Source: a virus (lineage: Duplodnaviria > Heunggongvirae > Uroviricota > Caudoviricetes). Taken from it: a stretch of DNA of 44,032 nucleotides. Each line of letters opens with the position of its first letter. Position 1 is the stretch's first letter. A model generated the notes under the pieces. It was not told the origin of the DNA, searched no databases, and was given only the letters and a program-made list of their open reading frames with translations. The stretch lies in IMG/VR virus record IMGVR_UViG_2740892015_000005, positions 1 to 44,032 of that record; one strand, given 5' to 3'. Both the position numbers and the translations under genes were made by a program. Shown in pieces: positions 1 to 9,524 of the stretch.

Positions 1-3000
1 CTATCCCGGGGTTTCCTCCTTCATGTTGTGCTGGCGATGGAGAGCAGTACTGCTGACGCTGTCATGCCATAAGCGGGTATAGAGGCCGCCCGCAGATAAC
101 AGCTGTTCGTGGGTTCCGTATTCCGCAAGTAACCCCTTATCAATAACGGCAATCAGATCGCAGCGTTGCGCGGTGGTCAGACGATGTGCAACAATCAGCG
201 CCGAGTGCTTCCCGGCATGCACGACATCTGTTAACGATGACATCAGTCGTTCTTCGGATGTGCGATCCAGACATGACGTGGCTTCGTCGAGCAGCAGGAT
301 GTGGGCATTCGCCAGTTGCGCGCGGGCCAGCGCAATCAACTGGCGCTGACCTGCGGGCAGATCGGCTCCGCCGTTATTCACCGGTGTCCGGAATCCCTGC
401 GGCAGATTGCACACCATCTCATACAGCCCTGCCCGCTGTGAGGCAATTTCAACGTCTTCATTGGTGGCGGATGGCCGTGAATAACGAATGTTTTCTGCAA
501 TATCACTACTAAACAGTGCTACATCCTGATCGACAAGCCCAATCTGGCGACGATACTCAGTGAGCGAGGCATCATCGAGCATTTGCACACCGATTCTGAT
601 GTTGCCGTGCGTGGGGAAATACAACCCGGCAATCAGCTTAATCAGCGTCGACTTACCCGCACCGCTGCGACCGACGACCGCGACAACCATTCCCTCTGGG
701 ATCGTCAGGGTAAGTTTGTTCAGAGCTGGCTCGTGACTGTCGGGATAACTGAACGTGACCTCATCAAGATGCAGTGCACCGGTGACAGGGAGGACCGAAG
801 AGGACCCGAGGTTCTCAGTGCCTTCTGTCGCCAGTAGTTCATCAATATGTTTGCCGCTGGCTGTCGCCTGCTGCCAGGCGTCGACAATCCCTGATAACTG
901 CTGCACTGGCCCATAGAATTGCCCCAGCAACAGGAAGAAAGCCGCCAGTACCCCGGCAGTCATTTCTCCAGCGGCGACCTGCGAAGCTCCCACTAACAGA
1001 ACAGCGGCATAGGAGGCCTCGGTGCAGAATGTCAGGAACGGAAAATAGACTGCAAGGTATTTTTGTGCTCGCACACGGGTTGCGCGGAAACGCTCCGATA
1101 ACGCGCGCAGCCGGGCGCCCTCCAGTTCCTGCTGACCATGCGATTGCACGACACGCAGGCCAGAGACTTTTTCCTGCAGGGTGCTGTTGACTTTGCCTAT
1201 TTCCAGCCGTGCCTGTGCATAAGCAGGGGTACTGAGGCGGCGATAAATCATGGTTGCCAGTGCGGCCACTGGCACTGCGCTTAATGCCGTCAGCGCCAGG
1301 AACGGGTCGAGCCAGAACATGGTGGCGGCGATTGCGAACATCGTCACCAGACTGGTGGCCGCACCGGCAAGGCCGTTTTGCAGAAAGCGGGCGAGAGAGT
1401 CCACATCAACGGTCATGCGGGTAAGACGCGAATCGGCATGCTTTTCATGCCAGGGGAGTCCAAGACGCAGCATATGGCCGAAGCTGCGCAAGCGCACCGA
1501 ATGCTGAACTGATTCCGCCGCTCTGGCGGCGAAGACCGTCTGCAGAGAATAACTGCACCAGCCCACAATGACCAGGCACAGGGCGAGCAGGGCACAGAGG
1601 CCGATGATCGACATATCGCCTGCGGCGACACCGGAGTCAATGCCGTGCTGCAACAGTATCAGTACCCCTACGCCTGCCGCAGAATCGAGTGCGATCAGCA
1701 GAGCGGCGATGACGAACATCCACGCCACAGGCTTCAGTAGTGACGTGACTTTGCGACCTTTACCGGCCAGCGCCTGCTGTACTGCATTTTCCGGTACGCG
1801 GGTCATACGGGCGACAAAACCTTTATCCCCCGTATCCGTTACATCGTCTTGTGTCGCTGGTTCAGCCGGCCACAATTCGTTGTGGCTATTGTGGGACGTG
1901 GCCAGAAAATCGCTGTCGCCGGTCATCAGTGCGCGGAACGCCGGACAGCGCGCTTCAAGTTCTGCCGGGGTTCCGGTATCCACCATACGGCCCTTATCCA
2001 GCACCACAACCCGGCTGGCTAGCTGAAGTGTTGAACGCCGTCGGGCAATCACCAGCAGCATATGCCCTTCGTCAGCATAGCGACCCAGCGCGGTATTAAT
2101 CTCCGCTTCCGTAACAGCATCAACCGCTGAGGTAGTATCATCCAGGATTAACACGTCCGGTGCAGTAATGAGCGCCCGCGCCAGCGCTATTCGCTGCCTC
2201 TGCCCGCCGGAAAGATTCGTACCCCGTTCGGTTAACAGGCTATCGAAGCCTTTCGGCAGGGCGTTAATAAAATCGCTGGCTCCTGCAGCAGCTGCCGCAC
2301 GGCGAATGTCGTCCGCCGTTGCCTGAGGGTGGCCATAGGCGATATTTTCCGCCACCGTACCGGCAAACAGAAAAGCATCTTCAAATACGATGCCTACCCG
2401 GCGACGAAGCGCCTCCAGTCTGATATCGCGAAGATTTTGTCGGCCTTCGCTGGTGTTGAGCCATATCTTTCCGGAGCAGGGATCATAAAAACGCGCCAGT
2501 AGCATCAACAGGGTCGATTTTCCTGAACCCGATGCGCCCACCACCGCCACGGTTTCACCGGCGCGCAGGGAAAAGGAGATATTGCTGAGGATATGTCTGT
2601 CGCCATGGTGGTAGTCAAAGCTCATATTCTCCAGTTCCAGTCCGACAACCTGACTGTTAATCGACTCCGTCCCGTCCTCCATCTGTGAACGGGTGTCGAT
2701 CAGTGCAAACACCCGCTCCACGGACGCCTGAGTGCGCTGTGCGATAACCAGAAACGATGCCAGTACGCGGGTTGGCCCGGTCAGCATCGCGAGGAAGCTG
2801 GCGAATGCAACGAAGGTACCGAGATCGATCCGCCCGTGCATGACCGACCACCCGCCGTAGCACAGCAGGACGATTTGCCCGAGCACCGGTAGCGCCAGCA
2901 TGGTGGCCCCAGGCATCGCCTGCGAGATAACCGCACCGATGCGTACACGCACAATCTGCCGCGACTGCCTATCGAGCCAGTGCGTTTCACGCATCTCTGC

Positions 3001-3660
3001 CACACAGGATTTTACCACTGAGATCTGTGCCAGCACCTCGCGTATATGTTCGGTGAGATTCGCCAGTTGGTCCGAGGCCAGCCCGGTTTGCGCGAAGACC
3101 CTACGACGCGCACGAAGCGCGGTGATCGCCAGGCATACCAGTACGCACACGACGATAAGCGTCATGGCAGGGGACATCCACAGCATCACGGCAATGCCGG
3201 CAATGTAATAAGTGAACACTGCCAGCGGCACCGGGCACATCTGCAGCAGGGTATGCACCTGCTGCAGATCGCTGTTGGTCCGTGAAATCACCTGCCCGGT
3301 GCGCAGCGCATCCTGGCCTGCGCCGTCAAGTTTCTGAATACTGTCGAATACCCGTCCTCTGAGGGTATGCTGCACCCAGAGTGAGAGCATCCCGGCATAA
3401 CCACGGCGCACATAGTTACCGATGAAATCAAAAAAAGCGATCAACAGTAACCCGCAGGCCAGCCACGGCAGGCGGGCCGGATTGCCCGCCAGTGCGTCAT
3501 TCACAGCCTGTCTTGTCAGCAGTGGCGTCAGCGCAGCCAGCAAAATAGTCGATACTGACGCTACCACCACGATGACACTAAGTTTCTTACGTTCCCAGCA
3601 CACGCGCGCTAGGCGAACTATCCATGACTGAGCCGGTGTGGGAGTGTGATTCGCAGGCAT
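1..3660 (-). CDS. Fused ABC exporter (TMD-NBD-TMD-NBD), siderophore/peptide-exporter type (IroC-like architecture); chromosomal flanking gene
   Basis: Two Walker A motifs (GASGSGKST and GRSGAGKST), two LSGGQRQR signature motifs and two hydrophobic permease domains in one ORF. The ORF track extends to 3786, but a GGAGG Shine-Dalgarno precedes the ATG at 3660 (MPANHTP...), giving about 1219 aa. GC content is visibly higher than in the prophage. Confidence 0.8.
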   Translation of the reverse strand: MPANHTPTPAQSWIVRLARVCWERKKLSVIVVVASVSTILLAALTPLLTRQAVNDALAGNPARLPWLACGLLLIAFFDFIGNYVRRGYAGMLSLWVQHTLRGRVFDSIQKLDGAGQDALRTGQVISRTNSDLQQVHTLLQMCPVPLAVFTYYIAGIAVMLWMSPAMTLIVVCVLVCLAITALRARRRVFAQTGLASDQLANLTEHIREVLAQISVVKSCVAEMRETHWLDRQSRQIVRVRIGAVISQAMPGATMLALPVLGQIVLLCYGGWSVMHGRIDLGTFVAFASFLAMLTGPTRVLASFLVIAQRTQASVERVFALIDTRSQMEDGTESINSQVVGLELENMSFDYHHGDRHILSNISFSLRAGETVAVVGASGSGKSTLLMLLARFYDPCSGKIWLNTSEGRQNLRDIRLEALRRRVGIVFEDAFLFAGTVAENIAYGHPQATADDIRRAAAAAGASDFINALPKGFDSLLTERGTNLSGGQRQRIALARALITAPDVLILDDTTSAVDAVTEAEINTALGRYADEGHMLLVIARRRSTLQLASRVVVLDKGRMVDTGTPAELEARCPAFRALMTGDSDFLATSHNSHNELWPAEPATQDDVTDTGDKGFVARMTRVPENAVQQALAGKGRKVTSLLKPVAWMFVIAALLIALDSAAGVGVLILLQHGIDSGVAAGDMSIIGLCALLALCLVIVGWCSYSLQTVFAARAAESVQHSVRLRSFGHMLRLGLPWHEKHADSRLTRMTVDVDSLARFLQNGLAGAATSLVTMFAIAATMFWLDPFLALTALSAVPVAALATMIYRRLSTPAYAQARLEIGKVNSTLQEKVSGLRVVQSHGQQELEGARLRALSERFRATRVRAQKYLAVYFPFLTFCTEASYAAVLLVGASQVAAGEMTAGVLAAFFLLLGQFYGPVQQLSGIVDAWQQATASGKHIDELLATEGTENLGSSSVLPVTGALHLDEVTFSYPDSHEPALNKLTLTIPEGMVVAVVGRSGAGKSTLIKLIAGLYFPTHGNIRIGVQMLDDASLTEYRRQIGLVDQDVALFSSDIAENIRYSRPSATNEDVEIASQRAGLYEMVCNLPQGFRTPVNNGGADLPAGQRQLIALARAQLANAHILLLDEATSCLDRTSEERLMSSLTDVVHAGKHSALIVAHRLTTAQRCDLIAVIDKGLLAEYGTHEQLLSAGGLYTRLWHDSVSSTALHRQHNMKEETPG

Positions 3661-3813
3661 TAAGCCTCCTCCGTCTGTAAAATACGATCCACTGGCCGGA
3701 TCGTTCCGCAAAAAAGCCAGCACGCTCCGGTCCCGCATTGTTATGGATGCATGACTCCTGGATGGGTGCTGGCATATGATGTCCATGCAGGTGTAGGTTT
3801 TGTAACCTGTTGA

Positions 3814-5118
3814 CTATGCTTGTTTAATTACATCCGATCCCACAGCGTGGGGCATGGATGGGGCAAACTCACTCAATTTCTGGTTTAAAATGGATACCTG
3901 ATCCTGATTGTTTTCTGCCATCCACGATCCGTAAACGCGATAAACCATCTGAGCATCAGAGTGTCCCATTTGCTTCGCGATGAAGTTAGGGTTAGCTCCA
4001 GCGGTCAAAGACCAACATGCATAAGTGTGCCTGGACTGATATGCTTTGCGGTAGCGAATCCCGGCGCGTCGCATTGCAGTTTCCCATGACTGATTAATCG
4101 ACCCAACTGCATAATGGTGCCCGGCAAGGCCATTACGCGTAACGATTTGCGGATTGAAAACAAAAGTGCACGGATGCATTTCAGTTCGACCATACTCACG
4201 AAGTTTCACTTCAACCTGATACTGCTTACCAAGCCGTGTCATTTCAGCCTGATTCTTAAGCACGTCTATTGCAGGTTGAATAAGGTTGATAACACGGTTT
4301 GTTCCCGCTTCGGTTTTTGGAAGAGTGAACTCTTTCGTTAATGTGTGGTTTCTTCTGATCGTCATTGTCCCAGCCTTCAGGTCTATATCTTCCCATGCCA
4401 GAGAAACCAACTCTCCGTGGCGAACTCCCGTATAAACAGCCAGTGACCACATATTTTTTAATTGCTGATGCTTAAATGCGTTAATCAACCTGACAAATTC
4501 ATCACGGGTTAACGGATCAGGTTCCGTTCGTGATCTCTTCAGTTGCGAAATGGCTGCGAACGGATTTTCTTTGATGTATCCGCTGTCGGCTGCGAACTGA
4601 AACATCCCCGCCATGGTGTTCATGTAGTTATTAACAGTTGGCACGGAACGTCCCTTAATGGGTGTTTTTTGCCCACGTTTCAGAACGTGATATCCGGTCA
4701 GCAAATCCTTTCGTATGAACAGTAGCTCTTCCTGAGTCACAGCAGATGCAAGTCTGTTGCCTCCGATTCGGGGAACCATATTTCTTACAATGGAGCTGTA
4801 ACGCCCCATCGCATTGGTACTGATTTCCAGCTTTTTCAGATCCAGCCATTTCTCAGCCAGGTCTGCGACGGTAATTTCCTTACTTTCCGCACCAAATTTT
4901 CTCAGGTTGGGAGAGTCCGGAAACTGAGCGGCATAGTCGAAATTACCCGTCTTAATGGAAAAACAAACAGATGCTCGTAGCTCGCCAGCTATTTTCCTGT
5001 TTTTTGGTGTATCCGGCACACCGAGACTTTCCCGCACTCGTGTGCCTTTATACATGAACCATATGCGGAGTGATCCGCCATGGTTCTCAACGCCTGTTGG
5101 GTATGCTGTCTTAGCCAT
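3814..5118 (-). CDS. int: Phage integrase (tyrosine recombinase)
   Basis: 434-aa ORF at the prophage edge with a C-terminal tyrosine-recombinase-like region (...HTYACWSL...). It lies next to an excisionase-like gene and marks the left boundary of the phage genes. Confidence 0.85.
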   Translation of the reverse strand: MAKTAYPTGVENHGGSLRIWFMYKGTRVRESLGVPDTPKNRKIAGELRASVCFSIKTGNFDYAAQFPDSPNLRKFGAESKEITVADLAEKWLDLKKLEISTNAMGRYSSIVRNMVPRIGGNRLASAVTQEELLFIRKDLLTGYHVLKRGQKTPIKGRSVPTVNNYMNTMAGMFQFAADSGYIKENPFAAISQLKRSRTEPDPLTRDEFVRLINAFKHQQLKNMWSLAVYTGVRHGELVSLAWEDIDLKAGTMTIRRNHTLTKEFTLPKTEAGTNRVINLIQPAIDVLKNQAEMTRLGKQYQVEVKLREYGRTEMHPCTFVFNPQIVTRNGLAGHHYAVGSINQSWETAMRRAGIRYRKAYQSRHTYACWSLTAGANPNFIAKQMGHSDAQMVYRVYGSWMAENNQDQVSILNQKLSEFAPSMPHAVGSDVIKQA

Positions 5119-5163
5119 TGTTCCCTCCTGACGCCCAAGAGCGCATTAAGCATAAACGGTTCT

Positions 5164-5409
5164 TCATCGACGCGCACCAGGCTGTTTTTTTGACATACTC
5201 TCAACCCACTGGTCGATAGCCTTGCGGTTATACATGCATTCGCTGTTTTCTTTTGGAATACCGTCCGGTGCAACATGGAGATATTCACGACCGACAAGCC
5301 AGGATTGTTTACGTGCTCTCTCAATGGTTCCTGGGCGTAAACCTGTAATTTCGATCAGTTTTTGCTCTGTCACCCAGTCGTTGGGCACAATTAAGTTAAC
5401 TTCGCTCAT
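5164..5409 (-). CDS. xis: Excisionase-like small DNA-binding protein
   Basis: Small ORF immediately upstream of int on the same strand. The ATG at 5409 is preceded by GGAGAAAACA; the basic, HTH-like sequence (MSEVNLIVPNDWVTEQKLIEITGLRPGTIERARKQ) fits an excisionase. Confidence 0.6.
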   Translation of the reverse strand: MSEVNLIVPNDWVTEQKLIEITGLRPGTIERARKQSWLVGREYLHVAPDGIPKENSECMYNRKAIDQWVESMSKKQPGARR

Positions 5410-5482
5410 TGTTTTCTCCGGTGCTGGAATGAAAGGGGGGGTTAACATGCCTCATTGGGGTTGAGGCTGTGTGATTCCATGG

Positions 5483-5827
5483 TTAGTCCTTGCGTAGCTC
5501 GCTGATTCTTCTGTAAGTCTCTGGTGCTTTGTTACCGTACGTCTTCATTTCAGACTTCAACAGAGCAACGAGGGAATCCCATTCGTTGAGGATGCCTTTG
5601 AATGCCGGAACGCGCTTTGCAACCTTGTCGAATGAATCTCTGATTTCTGGAATCTGCTCAACAAGTGCAACGCATCGTCGGAAATCGGCTGCGTCATGTG
5701 GAGCGCCGAAGTGATGACCATAGATATTCTTTTTCAGTCCACATGCGATTGAGGCAAGAGTTGCGCTACTGATGCCAACATCGCCAGTTGATTGCCATTT
5801 CAAAACCTTCATAGCCAAATCTGACAT
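5483..5827 (-). CDS. Hypothetical phage protein (114 aa)
   Basis: ORF with GGAGA Shine-Dalgarno before the ATG at 5827, in the integrase-proximal accessory region. No recognisable motifs. Confidence 0.5.
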   Translation of the reverse strand: MSDLAMKVLKWQSTGDVGISSATLASIACGLKKNIYGHHFGAPHDAADFRRCVALVEQIPEIRDSFDKVAKRVPAFKGILNEWDSLVALLKSEMKTYGNKAPETYRRISELRKD

Positions 5828-5840
5828 TTCTTGTCTCCAA

Positions 5841-5868
5841 TAAAAAAACCGCCATCAGGCGGCTTGGT
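5841..5868 (-). terminator. Rho-independent terminator (minus strand)
   Basis: Minus-strand reading GCCGCCTGATGGCGG hairpin followed by TTTTTTT. It overlaps the stop codon of the 55-aa ORF. Confidence 0.5.
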
Positions 5869-6022
5869 GTTCTTTCAGTTCTTCAATTCGAATATTGGTT
5901 ACGTCTGCATGCGCTATCTGCGCCCATATCATCCAGTGGTTATAGCAGTCGTTGATGTCCTCTGCTTCGATAACTCTGTTGAATGGTTCTCCATTCCATT
6001 CACCTGTGACTCGGAAGTGCAT
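5855..6022 (-). CDS. Small hypothetical protein (55 aa)
   Basis: ATG preceded by GGAGATGATAA; translation MHFRVTGEWNGEPFNRVIEAEDINDCYNHW.... It is below the 60-aa cutoff of the ORF track. Confidence 0.35.
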   Translation of the reverse strand: MHFRVTGEWNGEPFNRVIEAEDINDCYNHWMIWAQIAHADVTNIRIEELKEHQAA

Positions 6023-6110
6023 TTATCATCTCCATAAAACAAAACTCGCCGTAGCGAGTTCAGATAAAAGAAATCCCCGCGAGTGCGAGGATAGTTACTT
6101 GTTCATATTA

Positions 6111-6410
6111 TTAATCGTCAATGTATTTTGAGCATTGTGGGCAATCATCGATCCCACAATACGATTCATATGCATCCTTTATTGCGTCGCGGGCTTCAGT
6201 AAGAGTATTGAATAAGTTGCAGCTATTATCTTTTTGATATAGGTAAGTTCCTAATTTATAAGCAGAAGAAGCATCATTTCCGCTGTCTAAAATCACATCG
6301 TTATGGATTCTGCACCTTGCAAGAACTCCTGATCCCATAAGGGTCTGCATAGCCCATTGCTCTTGATCTTCACACAAATCATGAATGCTCATTTCAACAC
6401 CTCTCTTCAC
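6111..6410 (-). CDS. Hypothetical cysteine-containing protein, AT-rich (moron-like)
   Basis: Low-GC ORF followed upstream by an AT-rich intergenic stretch (6411..6506). C-terminal CGIDDCPQC motif. The true start may be the internal MSIHD... (about 6392). Confidence 0.45.
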   Translation of the reverse strand: MKRGVEMSIHDLCEDQEQWAMQTLMGSGVLARCRIHNDVILDSGNDASSAYKLGTYLYQKDNSCNLFNTLTEARDAIKDAYESYCGIDDCPQCSKYIDD

Positions 6411-6506
6411 GTTTCACACACGTTAAGATTAACAGTGTTTTTACATGCTTTGGAAGATTTATTTTATAAAAACTCTTTTAATACAAATAGATATAATAGT
6501 TCACTA

Positions 6507-7061
6507 TTATAGCTCCTTTAATCGAGGCGGTTCTGGTAGAGGCATCCAGTGGGTTACATCGCATTCAGGGATGCTGATATCATCACCAAGCCACCCTTGA
6601 CCTTCAGACCAGCATTGCACGTAATACCTGTATTCTGTGTTCACTACGCACCACTGCGCGTCGTCCGGCATTCGCTCACTACAGCTTATCCAACCATCCG
6701 GAGTTACCGGAGAGTTGCCCGATGGCTCGTTCAACTTGCAAGTTTGGCTTACAGGTTCGGCTTCCAGTTCTGCTATGCGCTTTTTTGCTGCTTCCAGCTC
6801 GCCAAGCAGCGCCAAGACGGTAGCCGGATTGGCTGCGGCGATGAATTCAGCATTGGCCTGCTGTTCCATTTGGAAATCTTCATCGAAACCGCTTTCTGGA
6901 TGCGCTCCCTCAATTCTGCAAATGGGAATATATCCAGCAACTTCACGATGAATTAGCGCATCATCACCATCAAATCGGTCCTCTCCATATTCGAGCGACC
7001 ACACACCACACGTTGCTTTCTCTGCCTTTTCACGCAGTGCCTGATAGTCAATCTTGCTCAT
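6507..7061 (-). CDS. Ea22-like early protein with C-terminal DUF551-like domain
   Basis: C-terminal segment WISCSERMPDDAQWCVV...THWMPLPEPP is typical of DUF551-type domains in lambdoid ea-region proteins. Position between int/xis and the recombination genes fits. Confidence 0.55.
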   Translation of the reverse strand: MSKIDYQALREKAEKATCGVWSLEYGEDRFDGDDALIHREVAGYIPICRIEGAHPESGFDEDFQMEQQANAEFIAAANPATVLALLGELEAAKKRIAELEAEPVSQTCKLNEPSGNSPVTPDGWISCSERMPDDAQWCVVNTEYRYYVQCWSEGQGWLGDDISIPECDVTHWMPLPEPPRLKEL

Positions 7062-7062
7062 G

Positions 7063-7362
7063 TCACATCACCCTGAATCCATTGCATTTACGTAAAAAAT
7101 CGCAGATATAGCCCTTCATTTTTTCATGCCAATCTCGATCATTCCCATTGCACCAACCATCAGGTGGAGTCCAGTTTTCTATCAGAGCAGCAATTTTCTT
7201 TGCTTTCGCCGGAGTAGCTGTTGCGGTATCGCAGTAATGACGAGTGTCAACAAACTTATCCATACCATCGATATCAAGTACGCAAAACCATGTGTGATTC
7301 GGCATTTCAACAGATGGTATTTGTTGCCCACGTCGACGTTTATCAATAAGACATACAGTCAC
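7063..7362 (-). CDS. Hypothetical phage protein (99 aa, GTG start)
   Basis: GGAGG Shine-Dalgarno 8 nt upstream of a GTG start that overlaps the stop of the upstream small ORF (translational coupling). Confidence 0.45.
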   Translation of the reverse strand: MTVCLIDKRRRGQQIPSVEMPNHTWFCVLDIDGMDKFVDTRHYCDTATATPAKAKKIAALIENWTPPDGWCNGNDRDWHEKMKGYICDFLRKCNGFRVM

Positions 7363-7526
7363 TGGTTGCCTCCTTTGCGCAACATCGCATTCAGATATTT
7401 TTTGTCATTAACAGAACCGAAACTATTTCTCTTAAGCAATTCCTCTCTCGATGGCATTGGCTTTACGCGTTGGCGAATAATCATTTCTGCCGGAAGAATG
7501 CCGGGATTGTATGCAAGTCCTCTCAT
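7359..7526 (-). CDS. Small hypothetical protein (55 aa)
   Basis: ATG preceded by GGAGAG; start and stop overlap neighbouring genes by 4 nt (ATGA-type coupling). Confidence 0.35.
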   Translation of the reverse strand: MRGLAYNPGILPAEMIIRQRVKPMPSREELLKRNSFGSVNDKKYLNAMLRKGGNQ

Positions 7527-7804
7527 GATTTACTCTCCACGAACTGGTCAATAGCCATGCTAAGTGACATACCTAAAGTTTCGATATGTTGCTGAATATC
7601 CTGTAGCGTCTGCGCCTGAGATAACAGGATTTCACGGTTGCATAACTCTTTAACCAGATGCTCAAACTTGCTGTAATAACCGATACGGCTTAGTGTTTCT
7701 TTCCCTGCATTCTCGCCTTCTTTGATAATTCCTCTTTCATTAAGAATCAGGTCGTGTTTTGTTCCAGTAATAACGTATTTTCCGAGGTCGATGTTCAGCT
7801 TCAT
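7523..7804 (-). CDS. Hypothetical phage protein (93 aa)
   Basis: ORF within the compact leftward early operon; no recognisable motifs. Confidence 0.45.
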   Translation of the reverse strand: MKLNIDLGKYVITGTKHDLILNERGIIKEGENAGKETLSRIGYYSKFEHLVKELCNREILLSQAQTLQDIQQHIETLGMSLSMAIDQFVESKS

Positions 7805-7820
7805 TGTTAATTACTCCATG

Positions 7821-8135
7821 TTAATTTATTCGTATGCCTGCTCTTTCTTCATCGAGTTTTTTTAGCTTGTATCGCATAGCTCTTACTGAATAAATTGAGC
7901 GGCAGGTTGCAATTGCTATTTCTTCTGCGGAGAACTTACCGAAAAGTGATACTTCGGCTCTTGTCCAGCGTCTTCCACGAAGTCGGCTAACAATGTCAGC
8001 TCCAATCCTTGTTGCTTTCGCCATTACTGCTTTTTCAGTCCTTTCCAGTTTTTCAGCGATAACTTCAACTGGCATTGTCGCAGCCACTTCGCGCAAGAAA
8101 TCGACTTCCCATTTCTCCCATGGAGTCTTTTTCAT
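7821..8135 (-). CDS. Hypothetical protein with two Myb/SANT-like W-x2-E repeats
   Basis: Internal duplication (TPWEKWEVDFL... and RRWTRAEVSLF...) suggests a tandem helical DNA-binding-like fold. Domain assignment is uncertain. Confidence 0.4.
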   Translation of the reverse strand: MKKTPWEKWEVDFLREVAATMPVEVIAEKLERTEKAVMAKATRIGADIVSRLRGRRWTRAEVSLFGKFSAEEIAIATCRSIYSVRAMRYKLKKLDEERAGIRIN

Positions 8136-8146
8136 AGTCGATACCG

Positions 8147-8635
8147 TTATTTGATAAGAAGTGAAGGTTTCCCAACTTTGAGTTGAGCGCCGGGGATATT
8201 TATTCCTGCTTTTAGTTGGTGTTTGATTGCCAGTTTGTCGGCTTTAATTGTCGTTTCGAACTCAACGTATTCAGGAGGAAGGGCGCTTGAGTCGATGATT
8301 TCTACAATTTCTGACGGTTTGCGGATTGTTACCTGGTGAATGCCTGCTCGAATATTTTTCTTGCCAACCATTTCAAGCGATGACGCTATATATGATTTGA
8401 TGCTCTCAATCTTATTTTGAATTACTGCGGCTCGCTCATTCAGTGACTTTGCCTCTTCCTTGAGGCGTTCGGCATAACCAGATTCATTTTTAATGACGGA
8501 AAGAAGTTGCTCTATTTTATCGGTAAATTCTCCTTCCATGCCTTCTATTGTGTCAGCAATCATCTCTGGCTCTAAATCTGAATCCATCAATTTTGCGTAT
8601 TCATTGGCTATTTCATATAGTTTGCTCACTGGCAA
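8147..8635 (-). CDS. Gp157-like coiled-coil protein adjacent to recT
   Basis: Roughly 160-aa coiled-coil-rich protein immediately downstream of recT. The architecture matches the siphovirus Gp157 family as I recall it. Confidence 0.4.
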   Translation of the reverse strand: MPVSKLYEIANEYAKLMDSDLEPEMIADTIEGMEGEFTDKIEQLLSVIKNESGYAERLKEEAKSLNERAAVIQNKIESIKSYIASSLEMVGKKNIRAGIHQVTIRKPSEIVEIIDSSALPPEYVEFETTIKADKLAIKHQLKAGINIPGAQLKVGKPSLLIK

Positions 8636-9524
8636 CCTCCAGTTTCGCTTTGCATTCTATGTAAATGGCTTGTATGTTCTGCTGCAATTTCATTCCAGAT
8701 GTCAGGCGATATGCTTCTGCAAAATATCTCTTCAAATCATCCATGTTTTCAGCCTGAGCCATTTCATCACAAAGAAGTTGTGCTTTATCCGTTATTTCCT
8801 GCTGGCGTTTCCGTTCATCTTCGCGGATATCTTCCTCTGATTTGTGCGGCATAACTGGTTCAGTCCATACACCTTCTTCTTCGTTTAGTACGTGAATAGC
8901 ACTATCAAGACGTGATGCCTTAGGCCAATACTTGCTTGCACGCTTTACGACCGTCTTTCGCGCCATCTCATTCCAGTGATTTACCCATGGTCCTTTATCG
9001 CTGAATGCCGCCTTGCTTGTTTTCCTTACAGCCTCAATTTCAGCCAGACTCATCTCTTCCGTTAGATAATCACCTGCTGGCGTCTTAACTGTGCAGTAAA
9101 CGCCAACGATATCACCACGATCACCGAAGGCGTTGTATTTATGGGTTGGTGCTTTATCAAGTCCGTTTGACTCATAAGTATCGTTAGCATGAACAAGCTT
9201 TGCCTGACCCCATGAGATAACACCAGACTCCATTGCAATATGTAGCAATCCCATATAGCTGATATCAAGGCAAACCATGCCGTCGCGCGGAACCAGATAA
9301 GCCAGTTTGCTAGCCGGGTTTAAGGTGATACCGATCGCCGCAACATTGATGATGGCGTTCTGTGCGCTGGTTGGATTTGCCAGTGCTGTTTTAGCCAGGT
9401 AATCATTTTTCTGGAAATACTGAATTGCAAACTGGCTTTCCTTAGCCCATGTCACCGTCTGTTCAGTCAATGCCCCGCAGAATAACTGCTCCTGCTGTTT
9501 AACGAATTCAACGATATTGCTCAT
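8613..9524 (-). CDS. recT: RecT/Red-beta family single-strand annealing protein
   Basis: Motif GPWVNHWNEMARKTVVKRASKYWP closely parallels Rac RecT GPWVTHWEEMAKKTAIRRLFKYLP. Size and position in the PL operon fit. Confidence 0.8.
   Translation of the reverse strand: MSNIVEFVKQQEQLFCGALTEQTVTWAKESQFAIQYFQKNDYLAKTALANPTSAQNAIINVAAIGITLNPASKLAYLVPRDGMVCLDISYMGLLHIAMESGVISWGQAKLVHANDTYESNGLDKAPTHKYNAFGDRGDIVGVYCTVKTPAGDYLTEEMSLAEIEAVRKTSKAAFSDKGPWVNHWNEMARKTVVKRASKYWPKASRLDSAIHVLNEEEGVWTEPVMPHKSEEDIREDERKRQQEITDKAQLLCDEMAQAENMDDLKRYFAEAYRLTSGMKLQQNIQAIYIECKAKLEVASEQTI

Noticed and set aside
1250-3285. Multiple plus-strand ORFs of 75 to 152 aa inside the ABC exporter gene
   Set aside because: They are antisense to a long, well-supported ABC exporter reading frame, lack ribosome-binding sites, and are the kind of spurious ORF expected in GC-rich sequence.
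3661-3813. Possible tRNA or tmRNA fragment at the attachment site
   Set aside because: I could not find an acceptor-stem/T-arm-like sequence or CCA-end context by eye; attL is probably here, but its core cannot be defined without attR.
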